Assembly: GCA_965199855.1 (NCBI GenBank)
Contig: OZ241326.1
Span: forward strand, 2,944,001-3,008,000
DNA length: 64,000 nt
From: a bacterium
GTDB taxonomy: Bacteria; UBA8248
Reading direction: 5' to 3'
Under the pieces are notes generated by a model, which was not told where the DNA came from, searched no databases, and saw nothing but the letters and a program-made list of their open reading frames with translations. Position 1 is the stretch's first letter. Each line of letters starts with the position of its first letter. Below, one piece after another: positions 1 to 9,177 of the stretch. Both the position numbers and the translations under genes were made by a program.

Positions 1-1534
1 CGGTCGCGCCCTCGCCCACCCGGACCACCCCGGCGGCGTTCGCGCCGCGCGTGTCGACGTGGATGGCGGTCCCCCCCCGGGTGAGGACCTTGCCGGCCGT
101 CACGTCGACGAGGTTGCCCTCTATCTCCTCCGTATTCAGGTCGTCTCGCTGCGTGCTGGTCAGACCCCAGTGCGTGGGGTAGATGGCGTGGGCGTGCAGG
201 GTTTCGACGGTGCCGGAAGACGTGATGCGGATGGCGCCCGCCCCGTCATTCAGGGCGCGGATGCCCACGCCCTGTCTCCCGTGAAGCCCCCGGTTCCTCA
301 CGGCGGCCCTGATCGTTCCGGCCGCGTTGATCATGATGTCTCCGGTCTGGGGGATGAGGTCTCCGTTCCCTTCTGGTCGCGGGTCCCTGGCGTTGTTGGA
401 AGAGGCGTTGACGAAGGCCACGACGGCGGGGGTGCCGCCCCCCTCGGTGATGTCGACCAGCGAGCCCTCGGCCAGATTGATCGTGACGCCGCCCTCATCG
501 GAGCGGTTCACCCCGAAAACGCCGCCCATGCCCGCGCTCCCCGGGAGGTGGCGGACGACGCCCGTGGCGCCCAGCTCGAGGAGAATGTCGCCGCCGCGGC
601 GGACGCCGCCGCGGCGGACGCCGTCGGCGCCGAGGACGCTGTCGTCGATCGTGTCCTGCACGATCGCCGTGATGGCGCCGGTGGTGTTGGACTGGTAGGC
701 GGCGTAGCCGCCCACCACGCGATAGTTGACGTTCAGGACGCCGTCGTGCCGCACCGTGAGGTCGCTCCCCGGGCCCGCTTCCGATTCGACGTAGACGCCG
801 GTGAGGAGGGTCAAAATGCTTTGAAAGCTTGGGTAAGTCCCGCCCCCCCCGGGCGTCCGCTGGAGGTTGATCACCGCGCCCTCCTCGATGTCCAGGGTCT
901 TGCCGCCGCCCCGCCACAGGACGATGGCCCCGTCGGCCGGCAGTATGTTCATGTTCGCGCCGCCGGTGGCGGTGAACACGACGCCGCGCGGAATCGTGAG
1001 CCTGACGTTGTTGTCCGCGTTGTTGTTCTCCAGGGTCGTGGTCCTGTCCTCGGGGTTCGGGGTGCCGGTCGTGCCGGGCCCCTGGTTGTAGTGGAGGTGC
1101 CGGTAGTCGGCCGCTCCCTCGGCGGCGGCGGTGTCCGCGCAGGAGATCGTGGTGGTGTAGCGCCCGTTCGCGTCCGGCTCGCCGCTCACCGTCTGCGCGG
1201 GCGCGCAGATCGCCGGCGTCTGCGCCCGCGCCGCGCCCGTCAGGAGCGCGAGAAAGAACCCCAGGGCGAGCGCAGCCGCCCGCGCCCTCACGCCGCGCCC
1301 CCGGCGACGGTTACTTGTCGGTGAGTCGGTGAGTCGGTGAGTCGGTGAGTCGGTGAGTCGGTGAGTCGGTGAGTCGGTGAGTCGGTGAGTCGGTGAGTCG
1401 GTGAGTCGGTGAGTCGGTGAGTCGGTGAGTCGGTGAGTCGGTGAGTCGGTGAGTCGGTGAGTCGGTGAGGGCGCAGTATGCCCCGTCACCGACGGGCGGT
1501 CAAGCGTCACAGAGGCGGCCTCGTCCATTTCCAT
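1..1534 (-). CDS. Autotransporter/adhesin-like secreted beta-helical protein, N-terminal part (runs off window edge)
   Basis: Minus-strand frame is open from ATG 1534/1528 (GGGAG RBS) through the repeat array to position 1. Signal peptide RRRGRGVRARAAALALGFFLALLTGAARA/QTP is followed by G/T/N/V-rich passenger-like sequence (GAIRITSSGTVET, LVDVTAGKVLTRGGTAIHV). ORF 59..1324(+) is its antisense shadow. The beta-barrel domain is not visible in the window. Confidence 0.75.
   Translation of the reverse strand, partial: MEMDEAASVTLDRPSVTGHTAPSPTHRLTDSPTHRLTDSPTHRLTDSPTHRLTDSPTHRLTDSPTHRLTDSPTSNRRRGRGVRARAAALALGFFLALLTGAARAQTPAICAPAQTVSGEPDANGRYTTTISCADTAAAEGAADYRHLHYNQGPGTTGTPNPEDRTTTLENNNADNNVRLTIPRGVVFTATGGANMNILPADGAIVLWRGGGKTLDIEEGAVINLQRTPGGGGTYPSFQSILTLLTGVYVESEAGPGSDLTVRHDGVLNVNYRVVGGYAAYQSNTTGAITAIVQDTIDDSVLGADGVRRGGVRRGGDILLELGATGVVRHLPGSAGMGGVFGVNRSDEGGVTINLAEGSLVDITEGGGTPAVVAFVNASSNNARDPRPEGNGDLIPQTGDIMINAAGTIRAAVRNRGLHGRQGVGIRALNDGAGAIRITSSGTVETLHAHAIYPTHWGLTSTQRDDLNTEEIEGNLVDVTAGKVLTRGGTAIHVDTRGANAAGVVRVGEGAT
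1317..1468. repeat. Perfect tandem repeat (GTCGGTGA)x19
   Basis: Read directly: 152 bp, 8-bp unit. Encodes (SPTHRLTD)n on the minus strand. Confidence 0.97.
1475..1503 (-). promoter_or_regulatory. Putative sigma70 promoter TTGACC-N17-CATACT immediately upstream of the repeat array
   Basis: Consensus-like -35/-10 with 17-bp spacer on the minus strand. Confidence 0.45.
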
Positions 1535-1602
1535 TCTCCCTCGCATTCTTCCGCGTCCTCCCGGATTCCTTATCGACAAAACCCGCTATAAATCACCGAT
1601 GA

Positions 1603-1630
1603 ATTATACGTAAGAGCCGTCGGGACGCAA
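1603..1630 (-). promoter_or_regulatory. Putative sigma70 promoter TTGCGT-N16-TATAAT for the autotransporter-like gene
   Basis: Perfect -10 TATAAT about 70 bp upstream of the ATG. Confidence 0.5.
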
Positions 1631-1689
1631 GAGGAAAACGGAAGACGGCGTGGATGGCGGTTTTCATCCACGGGCGGGGACGCGGGAGT

Positions 1690-2480
1690 TGCGCCTTCGT
1701 AGGGGCGGTTCGTGAACCGCCCGTCGGATGATCGACCGCCGATCGGGTTCCGCCATGAATCAAAACCCCGGATTCCGCAATCCCTCCGCCTTGTCGGAAT
1801 TGACGCCGCGAATGACGGCCGGGAACGCGGGGGCGTGATTTCGTAGGGGCGCGCCCTCCCCGGGGCCGCCCCACGATTCGGGAACCGCCCGTTGGGGGAT
1901 GGTTGCCTATGGATGATGGGCCGTAGGGGCGGCCCCCGCGGCCGCCCGTTGCGAGGAACAACCGCCGCGCGGGTTCCGCCATGATGAATCAAAACCCTGG
2001 ATTCCGGCCTTCGCCGGAATGACGGCGAAAGGCCAACCCCGGCGTCCCTTCGATCCGACAGGGAACAACATCGAGACGGCGGCGAGGATTTCCCCTCCGC
2101 CGCGCGCCGCCCCGGAATCCCGTCATTCCGGCGAAGGCCGGAATCCAGAACCGGGGCGCGCGGCGGCGAACGGGCGTTCCCGGTCAATCCACGCGCGGGT
2201 TCATGGTTTCGTAGGGACAACCCCTCCCCGGCGCCGCCCCGCGATTCGCGAACCGCCCGTTTTCAGGAAGGGTTCGCGCCACAGGCGGCGGGGCGTTCAC
2301 GAACGCCCCCTGCGGGCGAAATGCGCGAGGGACAACCACAGGGGGTTGTCCCTGCGATTCGCGCCGCGTTCGTGGAGGGCGGACGCGATTCGCCTTCGTA
2401 GGGGCGGCTCGCGAGCCGCCCGTTTTGGGGAAGGATTCGCGCCACAGGCGGCGGGGCGTTCACGAACGCCCCCTGCGGGA
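1690..2480. repeat. REP/BIME-like palindrome cluster 1
   Basis: GTAG-headed GC hairpins at 1699, 1843, 1923, 2211 and 2398. CTGGATTCCGGCCTTCGCCGGAATGACG at 1997-2024 and its inverse at 2121-2148. About 60-bp direct repeat 2255-2316 / 2418-2479. Confidence 0.85.
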
Positions 2481-2583
2481 TGGCGGCGCGGAGCGGGGGA
2501 GCAAATGCGGGCGGATGCGCGCAAACGCCGCGGCCTTGCGAAATACCCCCTCCCGGCGCGTCTTTTTCACACAATCCGTTTAT

Positions 2584-2690
2584 TTTCAATGGGTTGATGT
2601 TTTTTTCGCGCTCCGAAGGGTCTTGAATTTGTCGAAAAAAGGCTGTGAATTTGCGGGATAAAGGCGTGAATTTGTCGGATTTTGTCGAAA
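2584..2690. promoter_or_regulatory. AT-rich core with IHF-like site and three phased TGAATTTG direct repeats
   Basis: TTTCAATGGGTTG (2584-2596) resembles the IHF consensus WATCAANNNNTTR. TGAATTTG occurs at 2624, 2646 and 2667. Confidence 0.4.
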
Positions 2691-3039
2691 ACGGGATTGT
2701 TTTCATCATGGCGATGGAGGAGCGCGCGCGGCGCGCCTGCGGAAGCCGCAATCCGGGGGTTGTGGGGCGCGCCTTGACGCCGGCGGGAAAATGACGGATT
2801 CCGCAAACCCTCCTCCGCACCGGAATTGACGACGCGGGAACGGCGCGGAGCGAAAAACGCCCTGACGCGCGCCCTCGCCTTCGTCCTCATCCGCTTCCCG
2901 AAGCCCATGCGTTCGCCTCCTCCCTCTCGCGGCGGATTCTCGCGCATTCTCGGGAAAGCCCCATAACCGCAAATGCGGGCAAATGCGCGATCGATTCCGA
3001 CGGGGCGGAGGAATCGTCCCGACGGGGGCGGTCACAAAC

Positions 3040-3930
3040 CAAACCCTGGATTCCGGCCTTCGCCGGAATGACGGGATTCCGGGGCGGCGCGCGGCGGAGG
3101 GGAAATCCTCGTTGCCGTCTCGATGTCGTTCCCTGTCAGATCGAAGGGACGCCGGGGTTGGCCTTTCGCCGTCATTCCGAGGGACGCCGGGGTTGGTTTT
3201 TCGCCGTCATTCCGGCGAAGGCCGGAATCCAGAACCGGGGCGCGCGGCGGCGAACGGGCGTTCCCGGTCAATCCATGCGCGGGTTCCACCCCCGACGCGC
3301 AGGGACAGGTCGCGACCTGTCCCTACGGGATTTTCGCGCGGCGGAGGCGTCCCGGCGAAGGACAACCACAGGGGGTTGTCCCTACGATTGCCGCAATCGC
3401 CGCGCGCGGCGTCGTCGCCCAATCCCGCGGAACGGGGCGCAAGAATGCGCCCCCTACGGGCGGGGGCGGCAACGGTTCCGTAGGGGCGGCGCCTCCCCGG
3501 GGCCGCCCCACAATTCGTGAATCGCCGTTTTGAAGGAAGACGATCAAAACCCCGGATTCCGGCCTTCGCCGGAATGACGGCCGGGGATACCCCCTCCGCG
3601 CGGGTGGTGATTTTTCCTTTGTAGGGGACGCATATATGCGTCCCGCCCGACGTTTCGCGGGGATGCGGGCTTTGTGGTTTCGTAGGGGCGGCGCCTCCCC
3701 GGGGCCGCCCCACAATTCGTGAACCGCCCGTTTTGGAGGAAGACGATCAAAACCCCGGATTCCGGTCTTCGCCGGAATGACGGCCGGGGATTCCCCCTGC
3801 GGCGGGCGATGCGGGTTTCATGGTTTCGCAGGGGCGGCTCGCGAGCCGCCCGCTTTGGCGGCGTGGGCCGACAACCCGGCGATTGTCCGTTCGGTTGGCG
3901 GGGGCGGGTCGTTCACGAACGACCCCTGCG
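3040..3930. repeat. REP/BIME-like palindrome cluster 2
   Basis: GGATTCCGGCCTTCGCCGGAATGACG copies at about 3046, 3205 (inverse), 3552 and 3755. GTAG/CTAC hairpins at about 3300, 3360, 3434, 3480, 3621, 3682, 3828 and 3900. About 110-bp direct repeat 3480-3590 / 3682-3790. Confidence 0.85.
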
Positions 3931-4048
3931 GGATGGGCGTCCGCCGGCGAGCGGATTGCCAAACCGCCCCTCCCTTCTATATCTTGGCGAGAGGGAGCAG
4001 CCTTTCGACGCCGAGCCATTCAAAGCCCGTCGGGGCCCGGGAAGCGGA

Positions 4049-4786
4049 ATGCCCAGCGAAACGGCCTCGACGGCCGCCAGAAGACGAAAAGTCCTGAGGC
4101 TCGCGGACAGGCTGTCCGCCCGCTTCGGGAAGCCCGGGCGCGCCGGGCGCGGCGACCTCCTGGACGCCCTGGTCGAAACCCTCCTCTCGCAAAGCACGAC
4201 CGACCACAACCGGGACATCGCGTTTCGCTCCCTGAAAAAGACCTTCGCCGACTGGGAGGAGGTCGCCGACGCGCCCCAAGGGGAGATCGCCCGGGCGATC
4301 CGCTCCGCCGGGCTGGGGAACCAGAAGGCCGGACGCATCCGGGACTTCCTCAGACGGCTCCGGGAGGACCGGGAGCGGCTCTCCCTGGAATTCCTGCACC
4401 GCGAGCCGGACGACTTCGCCGTGCGGTATCTCACCCGGCACAAGGGCGTCGGCGTCAAAACCGCCTACGTCGCCCTGATGCTGGCCTCGAACCGGGACCT
4501 GTTCGCCATCGACGTCCACATCCACCGAATCATGATCCGGCTGGGCGTCATCGGCGAGAAGACCACCCCCGAGAAATCCCACGCGGAACTGGCGCCTCTC
4601 GTCCCGAAGGGACGCGCCCGCGAACTGCACGTGAACATGCTGCGCTTCGGCCGAACCATCTGCGCCGCCCGAAGCCCCAAATGCGGCGAATGCGACCTGC
4701 GGCGCATGTGCCGCTACTACCGGGAGACGCGCCCGGGGAGGCGCGCGGCCGGAGAGGCGCCCGCTTCCCGAAAGCCCGCCGAATGA
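4049..4786 (+). CDS. nth: Endonuclease III family (HhH-GPD, 4Fe-4S) DNA glycosylase
   Basis: LLSQSTTD, GVGVKTA HhH motif, DVHIHRI, CAARSPKCGECDLRRMC cluster. Start moved downstream of the REP region. Confidence 0.85.
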   Translation: MPSETASTAARRRKVLRLADRLSARFGKPGRAGRGDLLDALVETLLSQSTTDHNRDIAFRSLKKTFADWEEVADAPQGEIARAIRSAGLGNQKAGRIRDFLRRLREDRERLSLEFLHREPDDFAVRYLTRHKGVGVKTAYVALMLASNRDLFAIDVHIHRIMIRLGVIGEKTTPEKSHAELAPLVPKGRARELHVNMLRFGRTICAARSPKCGECDLRRMCRYYRETRPGRRAAGEAPASRKPAE

Positions 4787-5682
4787 TGAAGTGGGTTCAG
4801 CTGATCGGCCCCGGAGAGACGCTGGCGATCGCCTCCTCCATCACGTTCTCCGTGGCGCAGACCCTTCTCCGGCAAGGGATGCGAAGCGTGTCCCCGCTGG
4901 CAACCGCCCTGATCATCAACGGCGTCGTCAGCCTGGGCGGATTCGCCATATCCCTCGGCAAAGGCACGCTCCTCGCCTCGAAGCCCGAAGCCCTCTTCTG
5001 GTACGCCGCCGTGGGCGTCACCGGCCCGACCATCGGGAGATACTGCTATCTGACGGGCGTCGCCCGCATGGGGCTGAGCCGGACCGTGCCCATATCCTCC
5101 GCGGCGCCCATCTGGGGCACCTTCCTCGCGGTGGCGTTCCTGGGCGAGGCGCCGACGGCGATGGTCGCGCTCGGCACCCTCGGCATCGTCATCGGCGTAT
5201 CCATGCTGGGCGTCCAGGAGGACAAGTCCGAATCCTTCAGGAGCTGGTTCCAGGGGGCGCTGGTGTTCCCGCTCGCCGCCTCGCTCGCCTACGCGGCGGC
5301 GCCCATCTTCGCCAAGCTCGCCTACGCGCATCAGACGACGCCCGGCGTCGGCATGGCGGTATCCTTCGCCACGGCGAACGTCCTCCTTCTCCTCGCCAGG
5401 CCGATCCTGCCCGGCCAGCGGGACATTCGCGGAGACCGAAAAGGCCTCCTGTGGGTGGGAGGCGCGGGCCTCATCGGCGTCTGCAGCTCCTACATGCTCT
5501 GGACGGCCTTCACCATGGCGAGCGTGTCCACCGCCCTGCCCCTGAGCCGAATCGCGCCGATCTGGGTGCTGATTCTGAGCTACTTCTTCCTGGGCAAGCT
5601 CGAAACGATCAACCGCAGGACCGTCATGGCCACGATTTGCGTGGTCGCGGGCGGCGTTCTCATCACGGCCTTCAGGGGCTGA
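4783..5682 (+). CDS. DMT/EamA family transporter
   Basis: About 10 hydrophobic helices in two repeats; start overlaps nth stop (ATGA). Confidence 0.85.
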   Translation: MMKWVQLIGPGETLAIASSITFSVAQTLLRQGMRSVSPLATALIINGVVSLGGFAISLGKGTLLASKPEALFWYAAVGVTGPTIGRYCYLTGVARMGLSRTVPISSAAPIWGTFLAVAFLGEAPTAMVALGTLGIVIGVSMLGVQEDKSESFRSWFQGALVFPLAASLAYAAAPIFAKLAYAHQTTPGVGMAVSFATANVLLLLARPILPGQRDIRGDRKGLLWVGGAGLIGVCSSYMLWTAFTMASVSTALPLSRIAPIWVLILSYFFLGKLETINRRTVMATICVVAGGVLITAFRG

Positions 5683-5713
5683 CCCCACGGCGCCGGGACG
5701 CGCGGCGAACCTC

Positions 5714-6970
5714 CTACCTGCCCGCCGCGGCCTCGGCCACGCGGGGCGAATAGGCGAGATCGTCCACCTGCGGCGGCTCCTCGAGGAAGCCCGCCGCCTT
5801 GAGCGAGAGCACGTCGTTCGTGCCGTCCGAGTGGAGGAAGCTCAGGGCGTCGCGCATGAGCTTCTCCACGGGGTTCTTCCGCATGTATCCCGCCGCCCCC
5901 CAAAGCTCCATCGCCGCCTGGCACACCTGCACGGCGGACTCGGAGGCGAACACCTTGCTCAGCATCGCGTTTTTCCTGTCCATTTCGTCCAGCTGGGTGG
6001 ACCACGCCGCGCGCCACAAATAGGAGCGGGAAGCCTCTATCTTCATCGCCATGCGCGCGAGCCGCGCCTGCTGAATCTGGTGCCCGAACAGGGGCGCGCT
6101 CCCCTGAACCCTGGCGTGCGCGTACTGGAGCGAGAGGTCATACGCCCGCTGCGCGACGCCCAGGACGGTGGCGCCCGCCTGAATGTTGCTGCCGTGCCTG
6201 ATCAGCAGATTCGCGAGCGCGGGCATGGCCTGGCCCTCTTCCCCGATTTGATCCTCCTCGGGAATCTCCACGTCGTGAAACTCCAGCGTGCCGTTCTGAA
6301 CGCAGCGCTGGCCGAGCTTGTCCCACACCTCCGTGACCTCGAACCCCCTGGCGTCCGAGGGCATCAAAAAGGCCGTGAGGCTGTTCGCCAGGGGATTCTT
6401 TCTGTCCGTGCGGGCGACGACCTGATAGATTCTGGCGAGGCCGCCGTTCGAGATGTAGCGCTTGGCGCCGTTCAGCACCCAGCGATCCCCCTTCTTCTCG
6501 GCGTAGGTCTGCATTCCGGCGCCGGGATCCGGATTCGGCAGCACGTTGTCGCTGCCCGCCGTCGGCTCCGTCCAGGCGGTCGCCAGAAGGCATTCCTCAT
6601 CATCCATCAGCTTCGGAAGCCAGCGCTTCCGCTGCTCGTCGTTCGCCATGTTGACGATCGACGTCATGATCTTCCACGTCTGATCGTAGGCCACGGCGAG
6701 CCCCAGGTCCCCATACGCCAGCGCCTCGCCCACGACGGCGCAGGAAAGCACGTCGGCGCCCTCGCCCCCGAACTCCTTCGGGACGGTAAGCGTTCTGAGA
6801 CCCCGCTTCGAGCCCTCCCGGATGACCTCCCAGTTAAAGGATTTCCCGGGATCCTGGATGCGGTCCGCGACCTCGGCGGCGGGTATCATCACCTCGGTGG
6901 CGTATCTTCTCGCAGTCTCCCTGAGCTCCGTCTGCCGCTGCGTGAGCTGGAAATCGACCATCGGTTTCAT
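5714..6970 (-). CDS. Acyl-CoA dehydrogenase family protein
   Basis: TEPTAGSD, WVLNGAKRYISNG, WGAAGYM..PVEKLMRDA. Confidence 0.9.
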   Translation of the reverse strand: MKPMVDFQLTQRQTELRETARRYATEVMIPAAEVADRIQDPGKSFNWEVIREGSKRGLRTLTVPKEFGGEGADVLSCAVVGEALAYGDLGLAVAYDQTWKIMTSIVNMANDEQRKRWLPKLMDDEECLLATAWTEPTAGSDNVLPNPDPGAGMQTYAEKKGDRWVLNGAKRYISNGGLARIYQVVARTDRKNPLANSLTAFLMPSDARGFEVTEVWDKLGQRCVQNGTLEFHDVEIPEEDQIGEEGQAMPALANLLIRHGSNIQAGATVLGVAQRAYDLSLQYAHARVQGSAPLFGHQIQQARLARMAMKIEASRSYLWRAAWSTQLDEMDRKNAMLSKVFASESAVQVCQAAMELWGAAGYMRKNPVEKLMRDALSFLHSDGTNDVLSLKAAGFLEEPPQVDDLAYSPRVAEAAAGR

Positions 6971-7051
6971 CCTCCCAAAGAAGGCGCGTCACGCGCCGGG
7001 GAAAAGCCTCGCCCGCGCCCGCTTTTCCCCATGCGCCGAAAGCGGGACGCC

Positions 7052-7450
7052 CTACGAAGCCGGGGGATTCTCGCACAACTCGATGCGGATGTTCCCCGGC
7101 CCCCTGACGTAGGCGATCATCCGCCCGCCGACGCCGAGGCGCGCGGGCTCCATCATGATCTCCGCCCCCCTGCCTCTCAGCCGCTCGACCGCCGCCTCCA
7201 CGTCCGCGACGCCGAACCCGAAATGATCCAGCCCCTGAACCAGCTCCGGCCCCACCGAATCCGGCGTCTCCCCCGGCCTGACGCCGCGCGCGAATATCAT
7301 CAGCCCGCCGATTCGAATCGCCGCGTTGGGCGAGCCCTTGAAGTCCTCGTCATAGCGGACGAGTTCGGCGTCGAACACGTCCTGAAAATACGCGGCGAAC
7401 GACTTCGCGTCCGCGCAGACGTAGTGAACGTGATCAAGGCCGAATTCCAT
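7052..7450 (-). CDS. VOC (glyoxalase) family protein
   Basis: LDHVH, GLDHFGFGVADV, GPGNIRIELCE. Confidence 0.85.
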   Translation of the reverse strand: MEFGLDHVHYVCADAKSFAAYFQDVFDAELVRYDEDFKGSPNAAIRIGGLMIFARGVRPGETPDSVGPELVQGLDHFGFGVADVEAAVERLRGRGAEIMMEPARLGVGGRMIAYVRGPGNIRIELCENPPAS

Positions 7451-7470
7451 CGCGTCCTCCGGGCGCGGCG

Positions 7471-9177
7471 CTACGGCGCGATGATGACCGGGGAGTCCTC
7501 CGCGTCCGCGCTCTCCGAAGCGCCGCCCCCGGCTTCCTCCTCCGGCGCCTCCCCTTCCTCTCCACGGGACTCCCGGGCCTGGCGAATGATTCGCTCGAGC
7601 ATCAGGTTGATGGAATGCTGAACCATCTCGACGAACAGCGCCGGGGGCTCATCCGCGTCCTTCAGCACCTCATCGGCCAGCGTCAGGCACTCCCGGGCCA
7701 TCGCCTCATCGCCCGCCTGGTGGAAAATATACCCGTTGTCCTCCAGCTGGCCCGAGATGCGCTCCCGCAACGCCCCGTCCTGAAAAATCTCTTTCGCGCC
7801 GTTTTCCACGATTTGCCGCAGCCGCTCCCGCCTTTGCCTCTCGTCCATCGCCACCCGGCTTTCCATCGCCTGCAGGAACTCCTGGAAATGCGGCGCCGCA
7901 CGCTCCTCATCCATCGCCCATCCCCAAAAGGGGCGATGGGCGAACACGGCGCGCGTCTCCATCCTCTCCCCGCCTTCTTCGAGGGCGCGCACCGCCCGGC
8001 GCACCGGGTGCGGCCCCTCCGGGGGAAACGCATCGGGCTCCGCCAGGGGATCGAGCATGAGCTTCGCGCGCGTGAAGCCGTGGGGCAGCGGCGTCTCTCC
8101 CGCTTCGTTCTCGCGCCGGGCGCGCTCAAGAAGCCAAACGGCGTACCCGGCGGGCACCTCGCGCGTCGCCAGGGCGGGGATTTCCGAAACCCGGCGGAAA
8201 ACGCCGCGCAACTCCCTGGCGCTCATCTCCGCATCGGTGAACTCGACGATTCCCCGCCCCCGGCGCAGGCGCGCCTGCGCGAGATACCTGCCGCGAGGAA
8301 CCCTGGAGCGCGCGAGCCACAAAAGCATCTGTCCGCGCCCATCCACCGCGCTCGCCGCCGCGTGAGCGTAATCGGGCCGGCCGGCTCGGTGGGCGCCGCG
8401 CGCGTCCGCGTCGGGCGGCTTTTCAATTTCCACCCCCCCGCTTTTCAGGCGAAACGCCGCCTTGCGGATGAGGGACAGCGCGTCCTTGTCCCCGACCAGC
8501 TTCGAGAGCTTCCGGAGCGCGAGGGCGGCGTCCCGCGTCCCCAGGCGCGCCAGAATCCGAATGAAGTGGGCGGGCGGCGAGACGCCCTCGCCGGACATCG
8601 CTTCCGCCAGCGCAAGCGCGCGCTTCTCCGGAACGCCGTCCGCCCCCTCCAGGCCGTCCCGCAGAGCGGCTTCCGCCAGAAAGGGAGGCAGGCTTTTCAG
8701 CGAAGACGCGAGGGGCTTCGCGGAATCGACGGAGAGGGGGGCGTCCTTCTTCAGTCGGGCGGCGACTTCGCGGGCGACGCCCAGATTCTCCGCGTCCAGG
8801 CCGGCCGGCAGTTTCGCCTCCGGGTCCAGCGCGCGAATGGTCTCCCCCAGCGCGGCGAGGCCCGGAAGCGACCAGCGCATCGTCCGGATCAGGGAAACGA
8901 GCTTCCGCACGACGGACGGATCGCCCAGCTCCCGCAGGGCGAGAAGGGTGGGGACGCGCCCCTCCGGCGCGGTGGAAGACAAGTGGCCCAGGACGCCGGC
9001 GACGCCCGCCGCGCCCATTTCCCGGATTTCATCCAGCAGGGGCGCGGGCGCCATGGCGCCCGGCGGAGCGGGCGAAGTGAAGGACGCCTCCAGGCCGGCC
9101 GCCACGCCCGCCGCGCGGAGCAGGACTTCCTTCGGAAAAGCCTTCTTCGAGGATTTCCGCCTCGGCTTCTTCGCCAA
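7471..9177 (-). CDS. Hypothetical alpha-helical protein
   Basis: Long ORF with host-like codon usage; no recognised motif. Confidence 0.7.
   Translation of the reverse strand: MAKKPRRKSSKKAFPKEVLLRAAGVAAGLEASFTSPAPPGAMAPAPLLDEIREMGAAGVAGVLGHLSSTAPEGRVPTLLALRELGDPSVVRKLVSLIRTMRWSLPGLAALGETIRALDPEAKLPAGLDAENLGVAREVAARLKKDAPLSVDSAKPLASSLKSLPPFLAEAALRDGLEGADGVPEKRALALAEAMSGEGVSPPAHFIRILARLGTRDAALALRKLSKLVGDKDALSLIRKAAFRLKSGGVEIEKPPDADARGAHRAGRPDYAHAAASAVDGRGQMLLWLARSRVPRGRYLAQARLRRGRGIVEFTDAEMSARELRGVFRRVSEIPALATREVPAGYAVWLLERARRENEAGETPLPHGFTRAKLMLDPLAEPDAFPPEGPHPVRRAVRALEEGGERMETRAVFAHRPFWGWAMDEERAAPHFQEFLQAMESRVAMDERQRRERLRQIVENGAKEIFQDGALRERISGQLEDNGYIFHQAGDEAMARECLTLADEVLKDADEPPALFVEMVQHSINLMLERIIRQARESRGEEGEAPEEEAGGGASESADAEDSPVIIAP

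Noticed and set aside
71-850. C8 runs at 71-78 and 843-850 as extra phase-variation tracts
   Set aside because: Short for a GC-rich genome and they encode Gly runs; no evidence of slippage.
59-1324. 421-aa plus-strand ORF and the many other long overlapping ORFs (e.g. 11757..13859, 22302..25499, 42646..45993)
   Set aside because: They are antisense or alternate-frame shadows of recognisable genes, as expected at high GC.
1317-3930. CRISPR array interpretation of the 8-mer array or the REP clusters
   Set aside because: The 8-mer has no spacers. REP units vary in sequence, orientation and spacing. No cas genes are present.
1570-4019. Numerous 70-220-aa ORFs in the repeat region
   Set aside because: They are translations of REP palindromes (LDSGLRRND, VIPAKAGI) with no coding signature.
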